A DNA stretch of 64,000 nt. It comes from Cyanophyceae cyanobacterium. Its GTDB lineage: Bacteria; Cyanobacteriota; Cyanobacteriia; Cyanobacteriales; Laspinemataceae. Numbering within the stretch: position 1 is the first letter of the stretch; every line of letters begins with the position of its first letter. The notes below the pieces were generated by a model, which saw only the letters and a list, made by a program, of their open reading frames with translations, searched no databases and was not told the origin of the DNA. Of the stretch, positions 54,121-64,000 are shown in pieces. A program made the position numbers and the translations under genes. Where the stretch lies: positions 30,819-94,818 of the forward strand of contig JBBQFN010000020.1 of NCBI GenBank assembly GCA_038321985.1. Direction: 5' to 3'.

Positions 54121-55587
54121 TTAATTGCGATGCCATTGGGTGACTCCTCCGGGGTTATCAATTAAAGTAATCCCGAGTTCTTGCAGTTGATTCCGAATGC
54201 GATCGGCTTCAGCAAAGTTTTTCCCCTGACGCGCCGCGAGTCGTTGCTGAATCAGGGATTCAATCTCTGCCTCGCTGACTCCCCCGGGTTCCGGTGTAGA
54301 ACTTTCTGCCTGGAAATTCAGTTCCAAACCCAGAACCTTCCCTAACTCCCGCAAGGTAACCCATTGCTGTTGTAACTGTTGCGGGTCCATTTCCAGTTTC
54401 CCTTGATGCACCCAAATATTGCCTTGACGACGTAATTCCTTCGCCAGTTCAAACAATACCGCCAAAGCCGATGGGGTATTCAAGTCATCATTCATCGCCG
54501 CCTGAAATCGTTCGACGATGGAATCAGATTCAGAGGCGATCGCCTCTGAATCCAAATCCCACCCCAACTTACTGCCATACTCATAGCCAAAGCGTAATCC
54601 CTCCTTGAGCGTCGTCCAGCCATTTTCCGCACTGGCGATCGCCTCATCGGTAAAATCTAAGGGTTTGCGATAATTGGCTTGCAGGACAAATAGCCGTAGC
54701 GCCATCGGATCTACGCCCCCCTTATCCAGCAAATCGCGAATGGTTGTAAAATTGCCCAATGACTTAGACATTTTTTCCCCATTCACTGCCACCATGCCAT
54801 TATGCAGCCAATATTTCGCTAAAGGTTGACCCGTCACTGCTTCCGATTGAGCGATTTCATTTTCATGATGGGGGAAAATTAAATCTGCACCCCCAACATG
54901 AATATCAATCGTCTCTCCCAATACCTCGCGCACCATTGCCGAACATTCAATATGCCATCCGGGACGTCCCGCACCCCAAGGCGATTCCCAGGAGGGTTCC
55001 CCGGGTTTTGCTGCCTTCCACAAGGCAAAATCAAAGGGGTCTTGCTTTTTTAGTTCCTCCGGGTCCTGGGCCTCTACCCGACCACTGGCCCCCGCCTGCA
55101 TTTCGGACAACTGCCGTCCCGAGAGTTTTCCATAATCATTAAACTGCCGCACCTTGTAATAAACATCGCCACCAGCAGGATAAGCAAAGCCTTTTTGTTC
55201 CAATTGAGCGATCAGGCGCTTAATTCCATCTAACGTATGAGTAGCGCGGGGATAAGCATCGGCTTCCAGGACATTAAGCCGCGCCATATCTTCAAAATAA
55301 GCCTGAGTGTAGCGATCGGCCACTTCCTCCATTGATGACCCTTCCTGCCTTGCGCGGTTGAGGATTTTGTCATCAATATCGGTAAAATTCTGCACATAGC
55401 GCACGGCATATCCCCGCCATTGCAGATAGCGGCGCAGAATATCCCAGATAATATAGGAACGGGCATGACCCAAGTGGCAATAATCGTAGACCGTAACCCC
55501 ACAACAATACATCCGCACCTGGCCGGGTTGGGTTGGCTCAAACGGGTCCTGACGACGGGTGAGGGTGTTGTACAGCGTTAAGGTCAT
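54121..55587 (-). CDS. cysS: Cysteine--tRNA ligase
   Basis: CGVTVYD..HLGHAR, GRPGWHIEC, FPHHENE and KMSKS motifs. Confidence 0.98.
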   Translation of the reverse strand: MTLTLYNTLTRRQDPFEPTQPGQVRMYCCGVTVYDYCHLGHARSYIIWDILRRYLQWRGYAVRYVQNFTDIDDKILNRARQEGSSMEEVADRYTQAYFEDMARLNVLEADAYPRATHTLDGIKRLIAQLEQKGFAYPAGGDVYYKVRQFNDYGKLSGRQLSEMQAGASGRVEAQDPEELKKQDPFDFALWKAAKPGEPSWESPWGAGRPGWHIECSAMVREVLGETIDIHVGGADLIFPHHENEIAQSEAVTGQPLAKYWLHNGMVAVNGEKMSKSLGNFTTIRDLLDKGGVDPMALRLFVLQANYRKPLDFTDEAIASAENGWTTLKEGLRFGYEYGSKLGWDLDSEAIASESDSIVERFQAAMNDDLNTPSALAVLFELAKELRRQGNIWVHQGKLEMDPQQLQQQWVTLRELGKVLGLELNFQAESSTPEPGGVSEAEIESLIQQRLAARQGKNFAEADRIRNQLQELGITLIDNPGGVTQWHRN

Positions 55588-55772
55588 AATTGAAAGATAG
55601 AAAACGGTATTGCATCAGAGAATTAACTTCCGTCAACGGTTTGGCTCAGTTGTGCAGGCACTTCCTGAAAAAGTAGACTGCTCCAAATGAGGTTGACTGA
55701 ATGACTTAACTGATTCTATCGTTTATGATGTCCCGATGGGCTGTGCGGCGATCGCTCTAGCATTTTAAACTC

Positions 55773-58700
55773 ATGCGGATTATTGTCGAAGGCTGGCGTT
55801 TTCTTCCTCACTCGTATTCTCTAATCAATCAGTTCCTACTCCTCGAACTGCTCGATCGCCCTCAAATCCAACTCTTCCACCGGGATATGCCCTACGTTAC
55901 CGATAATTGGCAGCCCGTTAGTGGTTTATTGGGAGAATCCCGAGAAAGAAAATTACACTTTATTCCTAAACCGACTCCGGACGAATCGGCTGATGCTATC
56001 CTCCGAGTCTATTGTCCGTTTAATTTAGCCAGTTCTCCCGCTAAACGCACCGTCATGTTTGGCTGTACGGAATGGGGAATCGTTCCTCAGACAATCCTGC
56101 GCGGGATGGGAGTCTCATCATTCCGGGAGGCTCATGCTAATTCAGATACCATTATTGTCACCGCATCTCATTGGTCCCGGGATGGATTTATCCGCAGTGG
56201 TGCTGACCCCGATCGCGTGGTGGTCATTCCCCTCGGCGTGGATACCCACTTCTACAAACCCGCCTCCTTGGAGAGACGCCAAGCATTACGTCAGGAATTT
56301 GGTTTAGAGGGAAAATTTGTCTTTTTCAAGAATGGATTGCTCTTTAACAACCGCCACGGGGTTGCTCGCTTGTTGAAAGCATTTGCCGCCATTGTTGAAA
56401 AATTCCCGGACGCGAGATTAATCTTTAAAGGTAGAGATTATCTGTTTGAATCCCGCCAAGAAATTGCTAAACTTTGTAGTAAAACACTCACGGAAACCGA
56501 GTGTAAAAATGTTCAATCTCGATTGACCTATATCGGTAAAAATCTATCCTGCTCGGATCTGGCTTCTCTGTATCACATTGCTGATGCTTATGTCTCTCCT
56601 TATCTAGCCGAAGGATTTAATTTGCCCGTTTTAGAGGCGGCAGCTTGTGGATTGCCAGTTATCTGCACCCAAGGAGGACCGACGGATGATTTTATTCATC
56701 CCGATTTTGCGTTTCCCATCGATAGTCAATTAGAAGAGCGTCAGATAGAATCTGGGGAAATGGGATTGGTTGTTGCTCCCGATGTAGATCATTTAATTGA
56801 TTTGATGCAGCGGGTTATTGAACAACCGAAATTGCGGGAAAAAGCTCGACAAGCGGGACCCAAATGGGTAGGCGATCGCTTTACATGGAAGCAGGTACTC
56901 GATCAGTATTTGAAGGTACTTGCCCCTTCACCTGTGCACCCCTCTACGCCCCCCCCAATCCATCCGCCACAGGATAAAGAGACTCGAAAAATTATTGTGG
57001 AAGGTTGGCGGTTTCATACCCATTCTTATGCGATCGCCAATCAGTTTCAGCTACTGGAAATGCTCCAATATCCTAATTTGGAAGTCTTTCATCGAGATGT
57101 TCCTTTTCTCACTCGAAATTCTCACCCCACTACGGGTTTACTGGATGAAACCTCGGAAGCAGCTTTACGGGCGATCGCCCCTCCACCCCTAAGCCTAGTT
57201 GCCGATGCCACACTCCGGATGTACAGTCCCTTTAATTTTACCCCAGCTTTCAACAGCGATCGGACTTATCTATTTGGAACCACTGAATGGGGAATCGTCC
57301 ATAAAGAACTGTTACGACTCAATGAAGGCGAGTCTTTGGAAGCCTTGCATGGAAATTCTAATACCGTCATTATTACTTCTTCTCAATGGTCAAAAGAGGG
57401 ATTTCTCCGCAGTGGTGCTGACCCGAGTCGCATTGTTACCGTGCCTCTTGGGGTCGATCCAACCCGTTACAAACCACTCCCTAACGACGAACGGGCTATT
57501 TTGAGAAAAGACTTAGGATGGAAAGAGGACGAATTTGTTTTTATAAATGTCAGTAGCATGACTTTAGAAAAAGGAATTTTTCCGATAGTTTTTTGCTTTT
57601 CTAAACTGCTTGAAAAACATCCTAAAGCTCGATTGATATTAAAAGGGTCTGATTTTATTTACAAATCTTGGGAATCTATTGTTTTTACTTCCCAAAAGAT
57701 TTTAAGTGACCGCGAGTTAGAACAATTCAAAGGGCGAGTGACTTACATCGGACATCCTTTATCCAGTTCAGAATTAATTCGCTACTATCAAGGTGCTGAT
57801 GGATACCTTTCTCCCTATTCGGCGGAAGGATTTAACCTCCCCGTCTTAGAGGCGATCGCCTGTGGATTGCCGGTGATTTGTACAAAGGGTGGACCAACCG
57901 ACGAATTTACCCACTCGGATTTTGCGCTGCCTATCAAAAGTGAAGTTCAATCAGTTGAATATCATGGGGAAATGCGCTATTTTTTAGCACCCGATTGGAA
58001 TTGTTGTATTGAGTTAATGGAACAACTGATTTCCAAACCTGAGTGGCGAGAACAAGTACGAACCTCTGGTCCTCAATTTGTGCGCGATCGCTTGAGTTGG
58101 AAACAAGTCGTCGCTCAGTTACTAGATGTAATGTTACCGGAAAATTTGCCCCACCCCTCAACCCCGGTAACCGCACTATCTCACCCAAAAACAGCTTCGC
58201 CCAGCCTCCAAGAACAAGTAGCATCGTTCCCCTTTTGGTATCACAAAATTCAGTTACCGGGTGGAATTGTCACCCCCGGAGATAATCCCCGCAATGCCCA
58301 AATGTATGGGGTCCCAGAGGACCTGAGCGGAAAACGAGTCTTAGATGTGGGGGCCTGGGATGGCTACTGGACTTTTGAGGCCCTGAAACGCGGTGCTCGG
58401 GAAGTGGTGGCGATCGATGACTTTTCCGACTATCTCGGACGGTTGGATCAACGCGATCGCCGCGCCTGGGAAACCTTTGATTTCTGTCGAGAGGCGATCG
58501 GATTTGACGAAACCCGATGTCAACGCCTAGAAAAATCCGTGTATGACCTCAGTGAGGCAGAATTAGGCCGCTTTGATGTCATCTTCTTTTTTGGAACCCT
58601 TTACCACCTCCGATATCCACTTTTGGCCCTGGATAAGTTATCTGCTCTCTGTGATGGAGAAATTTACATAGAATCTGCTATTTTAGATGACTTTAGTCCC

Positions 58701-58931
58701 TACCGAGGCGGCATTGGACAGGGCTATCCCGGACAGCAAAGGGTTATGGAGTTTTATCCCCATGATGAATATGCAGGAAATTCCAGCAACTATTGGGTAC
58801 CTACCTTATACTGTCTGGGTCAACTGGTAAAATCCTCCGGCTTTATCCAGGTTAAAAGCTGGAAATTAGTCGCAAATCCACCCAACTGGGGCTGGTGCCG
58901 AGGATTTGCGATCGGTAGTAAAGCAAAGTAG
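55773..58931 (+). CDS. Tandem GT4 glycosyltransferase domains fused to a class I SAM methyltransferase (CmoB/DUF1698-like)
   Basis: Two IIVEGWRF...AEGFNLPVLEA.ACGLPVI modules; VLDVGAWDG and FFGTLYHLRYP. Confidence 0.88.
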   Translation: MRIIVEGWRFLPHSYSLINQFLLLELLDRPQIQLFHRDMPYVTDNWQPVSGLLGESRERKLHFIPKPTPDESADAILRVYCPFNLASSPAKRTVMFGCTEWGIVPQTILRGMGVSSFREAHANSDTIIVTASHWSRDGFIRSGADPDRVVVIPLGVDTHFYKPASLERRQALRQEFGLEGKFVFFKNGLLFNNRHGVARLLKAFAAIVEKFPDARLIFKGRDYLFESRQEIAKLCSKTLTETECKNVQSRLTYIGKNLSCSDLASLYHIADAYVSPYLAEGFNLPVLEAAACGLPVICTQGGPTDDFIHPDFAFPIDSQLEERQIESGEMGLVVAPDVDHLIDLMQRVIEQPKLREKARQAGPKWVGDRFTWKQVLDQYLKVLAPSPVHPSTPPPIHPPQDKETRKIIVEGWRFHTHSYAIANQFQLLEMLQYPNLEVFHRDVPFLTRNSHPTTGLLDETSEAALRAIAPPPLSLVADATLRMYSPFNFTPAFNSDRTYLFGTTEWGIVHKELLRLNEGESLEALHGNSNTVIITSSQWSKEGFLRSGADPSRIVTVPLGVDPTRYKPLPNDERAILRKDLGWKEDEFVFINVSSMTLEKGIFPIVFCFSKLLEKHPKARLILKGSDFIYKSWESIVFTSQKILSDRELEQFKGRVTYIGHPLSSSELIRYYQGADGYLSPYSAEGFNLPVLEAIACGLPVICTKGGPTDEFTHSDFALPIKSEVQSVEYHGEMRYFLAPDWNCCIELMEQLISKPEWREQVRTSGPQFVRDRLSWKQVVAQLLDVMLPENLPHPSTPVTALSHPKTASPSLQEQVASFPFWYHKIQLPGGIVTPGDNPRNAQMYGVPEDLSGKRVLDVGAWDGYWTFEALKRGAREVVAIDDFSDYLGRLDQRDRRAWETFDFCREAIGFDETRCQRLEKSVYDLSEAELGRFDVIFFFGTLYHLRYPLLALDKLSALCDGEIYIESAILDDFSPYRGGIGQGYPGQQRVMEFYPHDEYAGNSSNYWVPTLYCLGQLVKSSGFIQVKSWKLVANPPNWGWCRGFAIGSKAK

Positions 58932-59074
58932 GGCGAGTCGGGCAAATGTAGCCAAGTGTTAATCTGCAATCCCTGGGGATGAAAGCCTCAATCTTCGTCT
59001 AAAATCAAACTGGATGACTCATTAGATGAATCTCTAAACAGCCCCTTCTATTTTTTGACACAATTTGATAAACC

Positions 59075-60205
59075 ATGCAGACAACAGCAACCTCTAACCC
59101 AGAGTCAGTGGCAATGGATGCCCCAAAATACGGATTGCCCGTTACCATCATTACCGGCTTTCTTGGCAGTGGCAAGACGACCTTACTCAACCACATCCTG
59201 ACCAATCAGGAGGGAATTAAAACCGCCGTATTGGTGAATGAGTTTGGTGAAGTCGGCATCGATAATGAACTAATCGTCTCCACCGGCGAGGATATGGTGG
59301 AGTTAAGCAATGGTTGTATTTGTTGCACCATTAACAACGATTTGCTCGATGCCGTCTACAAAATTTTAGAGCGTTCCGAACAGATTGATTATCTGGTCGT
59401 GGAAACAACTGGACTAGCAGACCCTCTACCCGTGGCCCTAACCTTTTTAGGCACAGAACTCCGAGACTTAACTCGCTTAGATTCGATCGTGACTCTAGTG
59501 GATTCGGAGAATTACAGCTTGGATTTATTTAATTCTCAAGCTGCGTACAGTCAAATTGCTTATGGGGATATTATCTTGCTCAACAAGGTGGATCTCGTCG
59601 AGGAAACCGATGTGGATCTATTGGAGTGCAAGATTCGGGATATTAAAGCTGATGCCAGAATTGTGCGGACCACGAAATCCCAGGTTCCGCTTCCTCTGAT
59701 TCTTAGTGTGGGGTTGTTTGAGTCAGATAAGTATTTTAAGGATGACAAAGTAGCCTCCCAAGGGGAGCATGATCATGAGCACGACCATCACGATCATGAG
59801 CATGATCATTCTAGCTGTGATCATGACCACGGTCATTGTGATCACGACCACCATGACGAACATCATCACCACTCGAATCATTTGGAGATGGATGGGTTCA
59901 CGTCGATTTCGTTCGAGAGCGATAAACCGTTATCAATTCGCCAGTTTCAGTATTTCTTAGATAATCAGTTACCGGCAACGGTATTTCGAGCTAAAGGGAT
60001 TTTATGGTTTGATGAGAGCGATCGCCGTCATGTTTTCCACTTGAGCGGCAAGCGATTCTCGATTGATGATGATGATTGGAAAGGTCAACCCAAGACTCAA
60101 TTGGTGTTTATCGGCCAGAATTTGGATAAAGAAACCTTGCGATCGCAGTTAAACAAATGTGTTTGTTTACCTTCTACCTCTCGCGGCAAAGGCTTTGGGA
60201 AATAG
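59075..60205 (+). CDS. CobW/COG0523 GTPase metallochaperone with His-rich insert
   Basis: GFLGSGKTT, NEFGE, GCICC, ETTG and NKVD motifs; H/D-rich stretch at about 59767-59880. Confidence 0.93.
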   Translation: MQTTATSNPESVAMDAPKYGLPVTIITGFLGSGKTTLLNHILTNQEGIKTAVLVNEFGEVGIDNELIVSTGEDMVELSNGCICCTINNDLLDAVYKILERSEQIDYLVVETTGLADPLPVALTFLGTELRDLTRLDSIVTLVDSENYSLDLFNSQAAYSQIAYGDIILLNKVDLVEETDVDLLECKIRDIKADARIVRTTKSQVPLPLILSVGLFESDKYFKDDKVASQGEHDHEHDHHDHEHDHSSCDHDHGHCDHDHHDEHHHHSNHLEMDGFTSISFESDKPLSIRQFQYFLDNQLPATVFRAKGILWFDESDRRHVFHLSGKRFSIDDDDWKGQPKTQLVFIGQNLDKETLRSQLNKCVCLPSTSRGKGFGK

Positions 60206-60359
60206 AATAGAGGGAAAGATTTGGGAAAGAGGGTAAGGTTTTGATGATAGAGTAAAAAGGCGATCGCTCTTGTAGATAGAGGAGTGATCGCCTTTTTTGC
60301 CGTTATTGACGCGACATCTTGGGCGATCGGCAATTCATCAACATCCCTTTATTCAACCT

Positions 60360-60818
60360 ATGCGAGTCGTTATCCAGCGCGTTAAATCTTCTCAAGTCAC
60401 GGTCGCGGGTCGGGTCGTGGGGAAAATCGGCCCCGGACTTAATTTATTGGTTGCTATCAGCGATCGGGATACAGGGACCGAACTGGACTGGATGGCAAGA
60501 AAGTGCTTAGAATTAAGGTTATTTCCTGATCCAGAAGCCGATAGCAGTCGCTGGGATCAATCGGTTTTAGACATCCAAGGGCAACTTTTAGTAGTCAGTC
60601 AGTTTACCCTCTACGGGGATTGTCTAAAAGGTCGCCGCCCCTCATTTGACCGTTCGGCATCCCCTACAGTTGCCAAAGAACTCTATGAAAAATTTGTCCA
60701 AAAGTTACGAGGAAGTGGCTTAACGGTTGAAACAGGTGAATTTGGGGCGAGGATGGACGTAGATATCCTCAATGATGGACCCGTTACTCTAATTTTGGAG
60801 AGGGAGTCCCCAGGCTAA
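60360..60818 (+). CDS. dtd: D-aminoacyl-tRNA deacylase
   Basis: [19 protein letters not shown] and NDGPVT motifs. Confidence 0.96.
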   Translation: MRVVIQRVKSSQVTVAGRVVGKIGPGLNLLVAISDRDTGTELDWMARKCLELRLFPDPEADSSRWDQSVLDIQGQLLVVSQFTLYGDCLKGRRPSFDRSASPTVAKELYEKFVQKLRGSGLTVETGEFGARMDVDILNDGPVTLILERESPG

Positions 60819-60863
60819 ACCCCGGGGTTCCGCTTGGAGAGAGGGTGCAATAAAGGGATGGAA

Positions 60864-61424
60864 TTACGGGCGCTCAAATGCTTGCATCTTTTCCCACAGG
60901 CGATTGAGGGGAAAATAAACAACGGGGGCCCACAGACTGCTGAGAATAGCAGAAGCAAGAGCTAGGGGTTGGTGGTAGGCCCAAATGTCACTTAAAGTGC
61001 GATCGCCAAGCTCACTAAATTGCAACGCCCGGATCGTATCAGCTAGCACCGACATTCCAAAGACAATCAGAGCCACCGAGATAAAATCTTCCTGGACGTA
61101 CTTCTGCTTTTGTAAAGTACCCGTGAGATATCCAACCACAGCCAGACCCAAGGCATGACTGGGTTCGGCTGAAGTCATTGCATCTAGAAGCAGCCCCAAC
61201 ACCAGCCCAGCTAAAGCACCTTGCATCGGTTTGCGCTTGATACTCCAAGCCACAACCCAGATTAACAGCCAGTTAGGGGCAACCCCTAATAGTTCCATCC
61301 CCGGAAGGCGAGCTGGCAATAGCAACAAGCACACCAACACAGAACCCGCTGTGATCGCCGCATTGACCACTGCCCGCGTTCTCCCGGACAAATGAGACCC
61401 GTGAGTAAAAGAAGAAGTTCTCAT
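60864..61424 (-). CDS. mreD: Rod shape-determining protein MreD
   Basis: Hydrophobic protein following mreBC; PNWLLIWVVAWS. Confidence 0.9.
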   Translation of the reverse strand: MRTSSFTHGSHLSGRTRAVVNAAITAGSVLVCLLLLPARLPGMELLGVAPNWLLIWVVAWSIKRKPMQGALAGLVLGLLLDAMTSAEPSHALGLAVVGYLTGTLQKQKYVQEDFISVALIVFGMSVLADTIRALQFSELGDRTLSDIWAYHQPLALASAILSSLWAPVVYFPLNRLWEKMQAFERP

Positions 61425-61432
61425 CGCATTTC

Positions 61433-62209
61433 CTAATTTTTCAGTTCTTCAGAATCCTCTGAAGAACCAACTTTCTGATAGGGATCAACCACCACCCATT
61501 CCAGTAAGCTCATCGGAGCCGTCAGCTCGATCACCGCTTCCGGTGCGGGACTTTTATTCAAATTGATCGACTCTATACGGCCTATCGGCAACCCCGGTGG
61601 GAAAAGTTGTGAATAAGAAGAAGTAGAAACTACATCCCCTTTATTAACATCAGGCACCTTCTCAAAGAACTCCATCACTGCCCGAGAAGCCGACTGGCCT
61701 CGCATCACCCCCATTTGGCGACTGCGGCTAATCGTCACCCCCACCCGAGAACTGGGGTCGCTGATCAGCAAAACCCGGCTGGTATGGGAAGTAACGCTGC
61801 TTACTCTTCCCACAACTCCACCCGGACCCCTGACAATGTAGTTTTCTTTGATTCCATCTTCACTTCCGCGACCCAAAGTTACCTGCTGCCACCAATGATC
61901 TGCACTACGGCCCACAATAGGAGCAAGGATTCCTTCTTTTTTATTGGGGGAAACATAGTTCAAGAGTTCTTTGAGCTTTTCATTTTGGCTTTCCAGCTCT
62001 TGAACTTGGTTTTCCAGTTCCAGGGTTCGAGCGTTGGTTAGTTGCTCTTGTTGTGTGGGACTCGACTGAAAAGGTCGAGTCGCCCATTGGTAAACTTCAA
62101 TGACAGCCGAACCTTGAGTGTAGCGAACGACTAAAGCAGCACAGATGGTTAGACCCACCAGTGCCATTTGTAAACCATGTCGATCCCACCAGCGACGCAA
62201 TGTGTACAT
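61433..62209 (-). CDS. mreC: Rod shape-determining protein MreC
   Basis: TM helix, coiled coil, GVVGRV and FPPGLPIG motifs. Confidence 0.93.
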   Translation of the reverse strand: MYTLRRWWDRHGLQMALVGLTICAALVVRYTQGSAVIEVYQWATRPFQSSPTQQEQLTNARTLELENQVQELESQNEKLKELLNYVSPNKKEGILAPIVGRSADHWWQQVTLGRGSEDGIKENYIVRGPGGVVGRVSSVTSHTSRVLLISDPSSRVGVTISRSRQMGVMRGQSASRAVMEFFEKVPDVNKGDVVSTSSYSQLFPPGLPIGRIESINLNKSPAPEAVIELTAPMSLLEWVVVDPYQKVGSSEDSEELKN

Positions 62210-62275
62210 TAGGAGTTTTTAGAAACTTCAGTCTTTAGCAGACTATGTAGAATACATAAACCGGAGAAATGGGCT

Positions 62276-63319
62276 TTACATATTACGAGAACGACCGCTG
62301 AACACTCGTTCTAGCTGTTTAAAGTTTTCGAGAACCCGGCCCGTTCCGAGTACAACACAGCTAAGGGGGTCCGCAGCAACATGAGTCACGATTCCGGTTT
62401 CGTGGCTAATAAGTGTATCTAGCCCCCTCAATAAAGCTCCACCCCCAGCTAACATAATCCCTCGGTCGATAATATCTGCCGCCAGTTCTGGAGGGGTTCG
62501 CTCTAGGGTGCGTTTTACTGCTTCCACAATTACCGATAAAGGTTCGGCCATGCTTTCACGAATTTCAGGCCCCTTAATCGTTACTGTTCGAGGTAGCCCC
62601 GACAGTAGGTGCAACCCCCGCACTTCCATCATCGCATCATCATCTTCGTGAGTCGGATATGCTGAACCAATCTGAATTTTGATATCCTCCGCAGTACGCT
62701 CCCCAATCACGAGGTTGTGTACTTTTTTCATGTAGTGAATAATTGCTTCATTCAGTTCATCTCCTGCCACCCGCACTGATTCGCTCAGCACCGTTCCTTG
62801 CAAACTCAGAACCGCTACTTCTGTGGTTCCTCCACCAATATCGATAATCAAGTTACCTGTCGGCTCTGCAACGGGTAAACCCGCACCGATCGCGGCGGCC
62901 ACGGGCTCATCGATTAAATAGACATCTCTAGCCCCTGCTTGAGCGGCGGCCTCCATAACCGCCCGGCGTTCTACCCCCGTGACTCCAGAGGGGATTCCGA
63001 TGACAATTCGAGGCGAAACTAAGGTTCTCCCCTCATGCACTCGGCGGATAAAGTGCTTGAGCATGAGCTCAGCCGTATCAAAATCTGCAATAACGCCATC
63101 ACGCAGGGGACGCAGGGCAATGACGTTTCCTGGCGTCCGGCCTAGCATTTTTTTTGCATCCTCTCCCACTGCTAATGGCACTTTTTCGTCTTTATCGATG
63201 GCAACCACAGAGGGTTCTTGCAGAACAATACCTTTACCAGATACATAAACAAGGGTATTAGCGGTACCGAGGTCGATACCCATATCCCGGGATAGGGAAA
63301 AGCGATTGAACAGACCCAC
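62276..63319 (-). CDS. mreB: Actin-like MreB
   Basis: [22 protein letters not shown] and GGGALL motifs; GTG start. Confidence 0.97.
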   Translation of the reverse strand: MGLFNRFSLSRDMGIDLGTANTLVYVSGKGIVLQEPSVVAIDKDEKVPLAVGEDAKKMLGRTPGNVIALRPLRDGVIADFDTAELMLKHFIRRVHEGRTLVSPRIVIGIPSGVTGVERRAVMEAAAQAGARDVYLIDEPVAAAIGAGLPVAEPTGNLIIDIGGGTTEVAVLSLQGTVLSESVRVAGDELNEAIIHYMKKVHNLVIGERTAEDIKIQIGSAYPTHEDDDAMMEVRGLHLLSGLPRTVTIKGPEIRESMAEPLSVIVEAVKRTLERTPPELAADIIDRGIMLAGGGALLRGLDTLISHETGIVTHVAADPLSCVVLGTGRVLENFKQLERVFSGRSRNM

Positions 63320-63853
63320 TGGTTTCTACGCCCCCAAAACGTGATGCTGTGCGACTATAATGTAACAGAAATGTAACCGAGGTGGATTCTAGTACGTTTT
63401 TTGTTCGGAGTCTAGTCCGGCGCGAGAATTTTTTTATCCCACCCGATCCACCAAGGGTGCAACTATAATCCCAAGCCCTCTGGACAAAATCCGGAGAAAA
63501 CCTTTTCAGACTTTGCGATCGCCTATTGGACCTTCAAAAAATTAGAAACAATCTAAAATTTGTTAGGGTCCTCTTTTACCTCTTTCTTTAACCTTGCCCG
63601 TCAAATCCCCTAGCGGATCCAGTTTTCCCCACCAAGTCCAATTTGATTTTAGTTAGGCTCTATGTCTTTGAGGGGCGATCGCTCTCTATCTCCTGTCATT
63701 TATTTTCTATTATTAAAATACAGTATAAGTGTGTCTTAATCTAATAAAAAATAAATTTTATAAACTATAGTAAGGCAAGATTTGAAAATTTTATTTTTTC
63801 AAATCTTAGAGACAGAATTTTTAATTAACTGCAACAGAATAGAGTACCTAGTG

Positions 63854-63905
63854 ACAACAAAAAAGCCACCTGTTCTATGTAGAGAAACAGGAGGCTTTTT
63901 TGTTG
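63854..63905 (-). terminator. Terminator downstream of the 5S rRNA (bidirectional shape)
   Basis: acaacaaaaaagcc..ctgtt...aacagg.ggcttttttgttgt. Confidence 0.85.
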
Positions 63906-63914
63906 TTAAAAGTG

Positions 63915-64000
63915 ACCGGGCACCGAGCTATTTTCCCAGGAGGCTACCCTCCAAGTATCTTCGCCGCAGTCGCGTTTCACGTCCGAGTTCGGGAAGGAGT
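63915..64000 (-). rRNA. rrf: 5S rRNA, 3' portion; runs off the window
   Basis: Reverse complement reads ...cccgaactcggacgtgaaacgcgactgcggcgaagatact...gggaaaatagctcggtgcccggt. Confidence 0.93.

Larger units (their letters stand above)
1..64000. repeat. Highly iterated palindrome HIP1 (GCGATCGC), dispersed
   Basis: Many dozens of occurrences in coding and non-coding DNA. Confidence 0.95.

Overview
Cyanobacterial chromosome segment, judged by the very frequent HIP1 octamer GCGATCGC, STRR-type heptamer repeats and genes such as PAM68 and CRR7; it looks like a filamentous Oscillatoriales-type genome (inference). Core genes flank and interrupt accessory blocks: a flavodiiron protein 3' end, sodB, ppk1, spp-ruvA-rpsO-PAM68-aroF, cysS, a CobW GTPase, dtd, mreBCD and the 3' part of a 5S rRNA. 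The accessory blocks are: (i) an ETR1-like ethylene-binding multi-PAS hybrid kinase; (ii) an uncharacterised four-gene operon (coiled-coil protein, two Zn-ribbon/WD40 proteins, tandem SpoVK/CbxX-type AAA+ ATPase), the best candidate for an undescribed system; (iii) two paralogous, very acidic RTX surface proteins; (iv) an aldolase / unknown protein / DyP peroxidase / PGM1-like ATP-grasp / truncated DUF711 / 2OG-Fe cluster; (v) a decaying defence-like islet made of a small protein plus a CHAT-STAND-TPR gene with a nonsense codon, convergent with a PtuA-like ATPase whose HNH partner may survive only as an 8-codon relic; (vi) a GT4-GT4-methyltransferase fusion. All calls come from reading motifs by eye; no searches were run.
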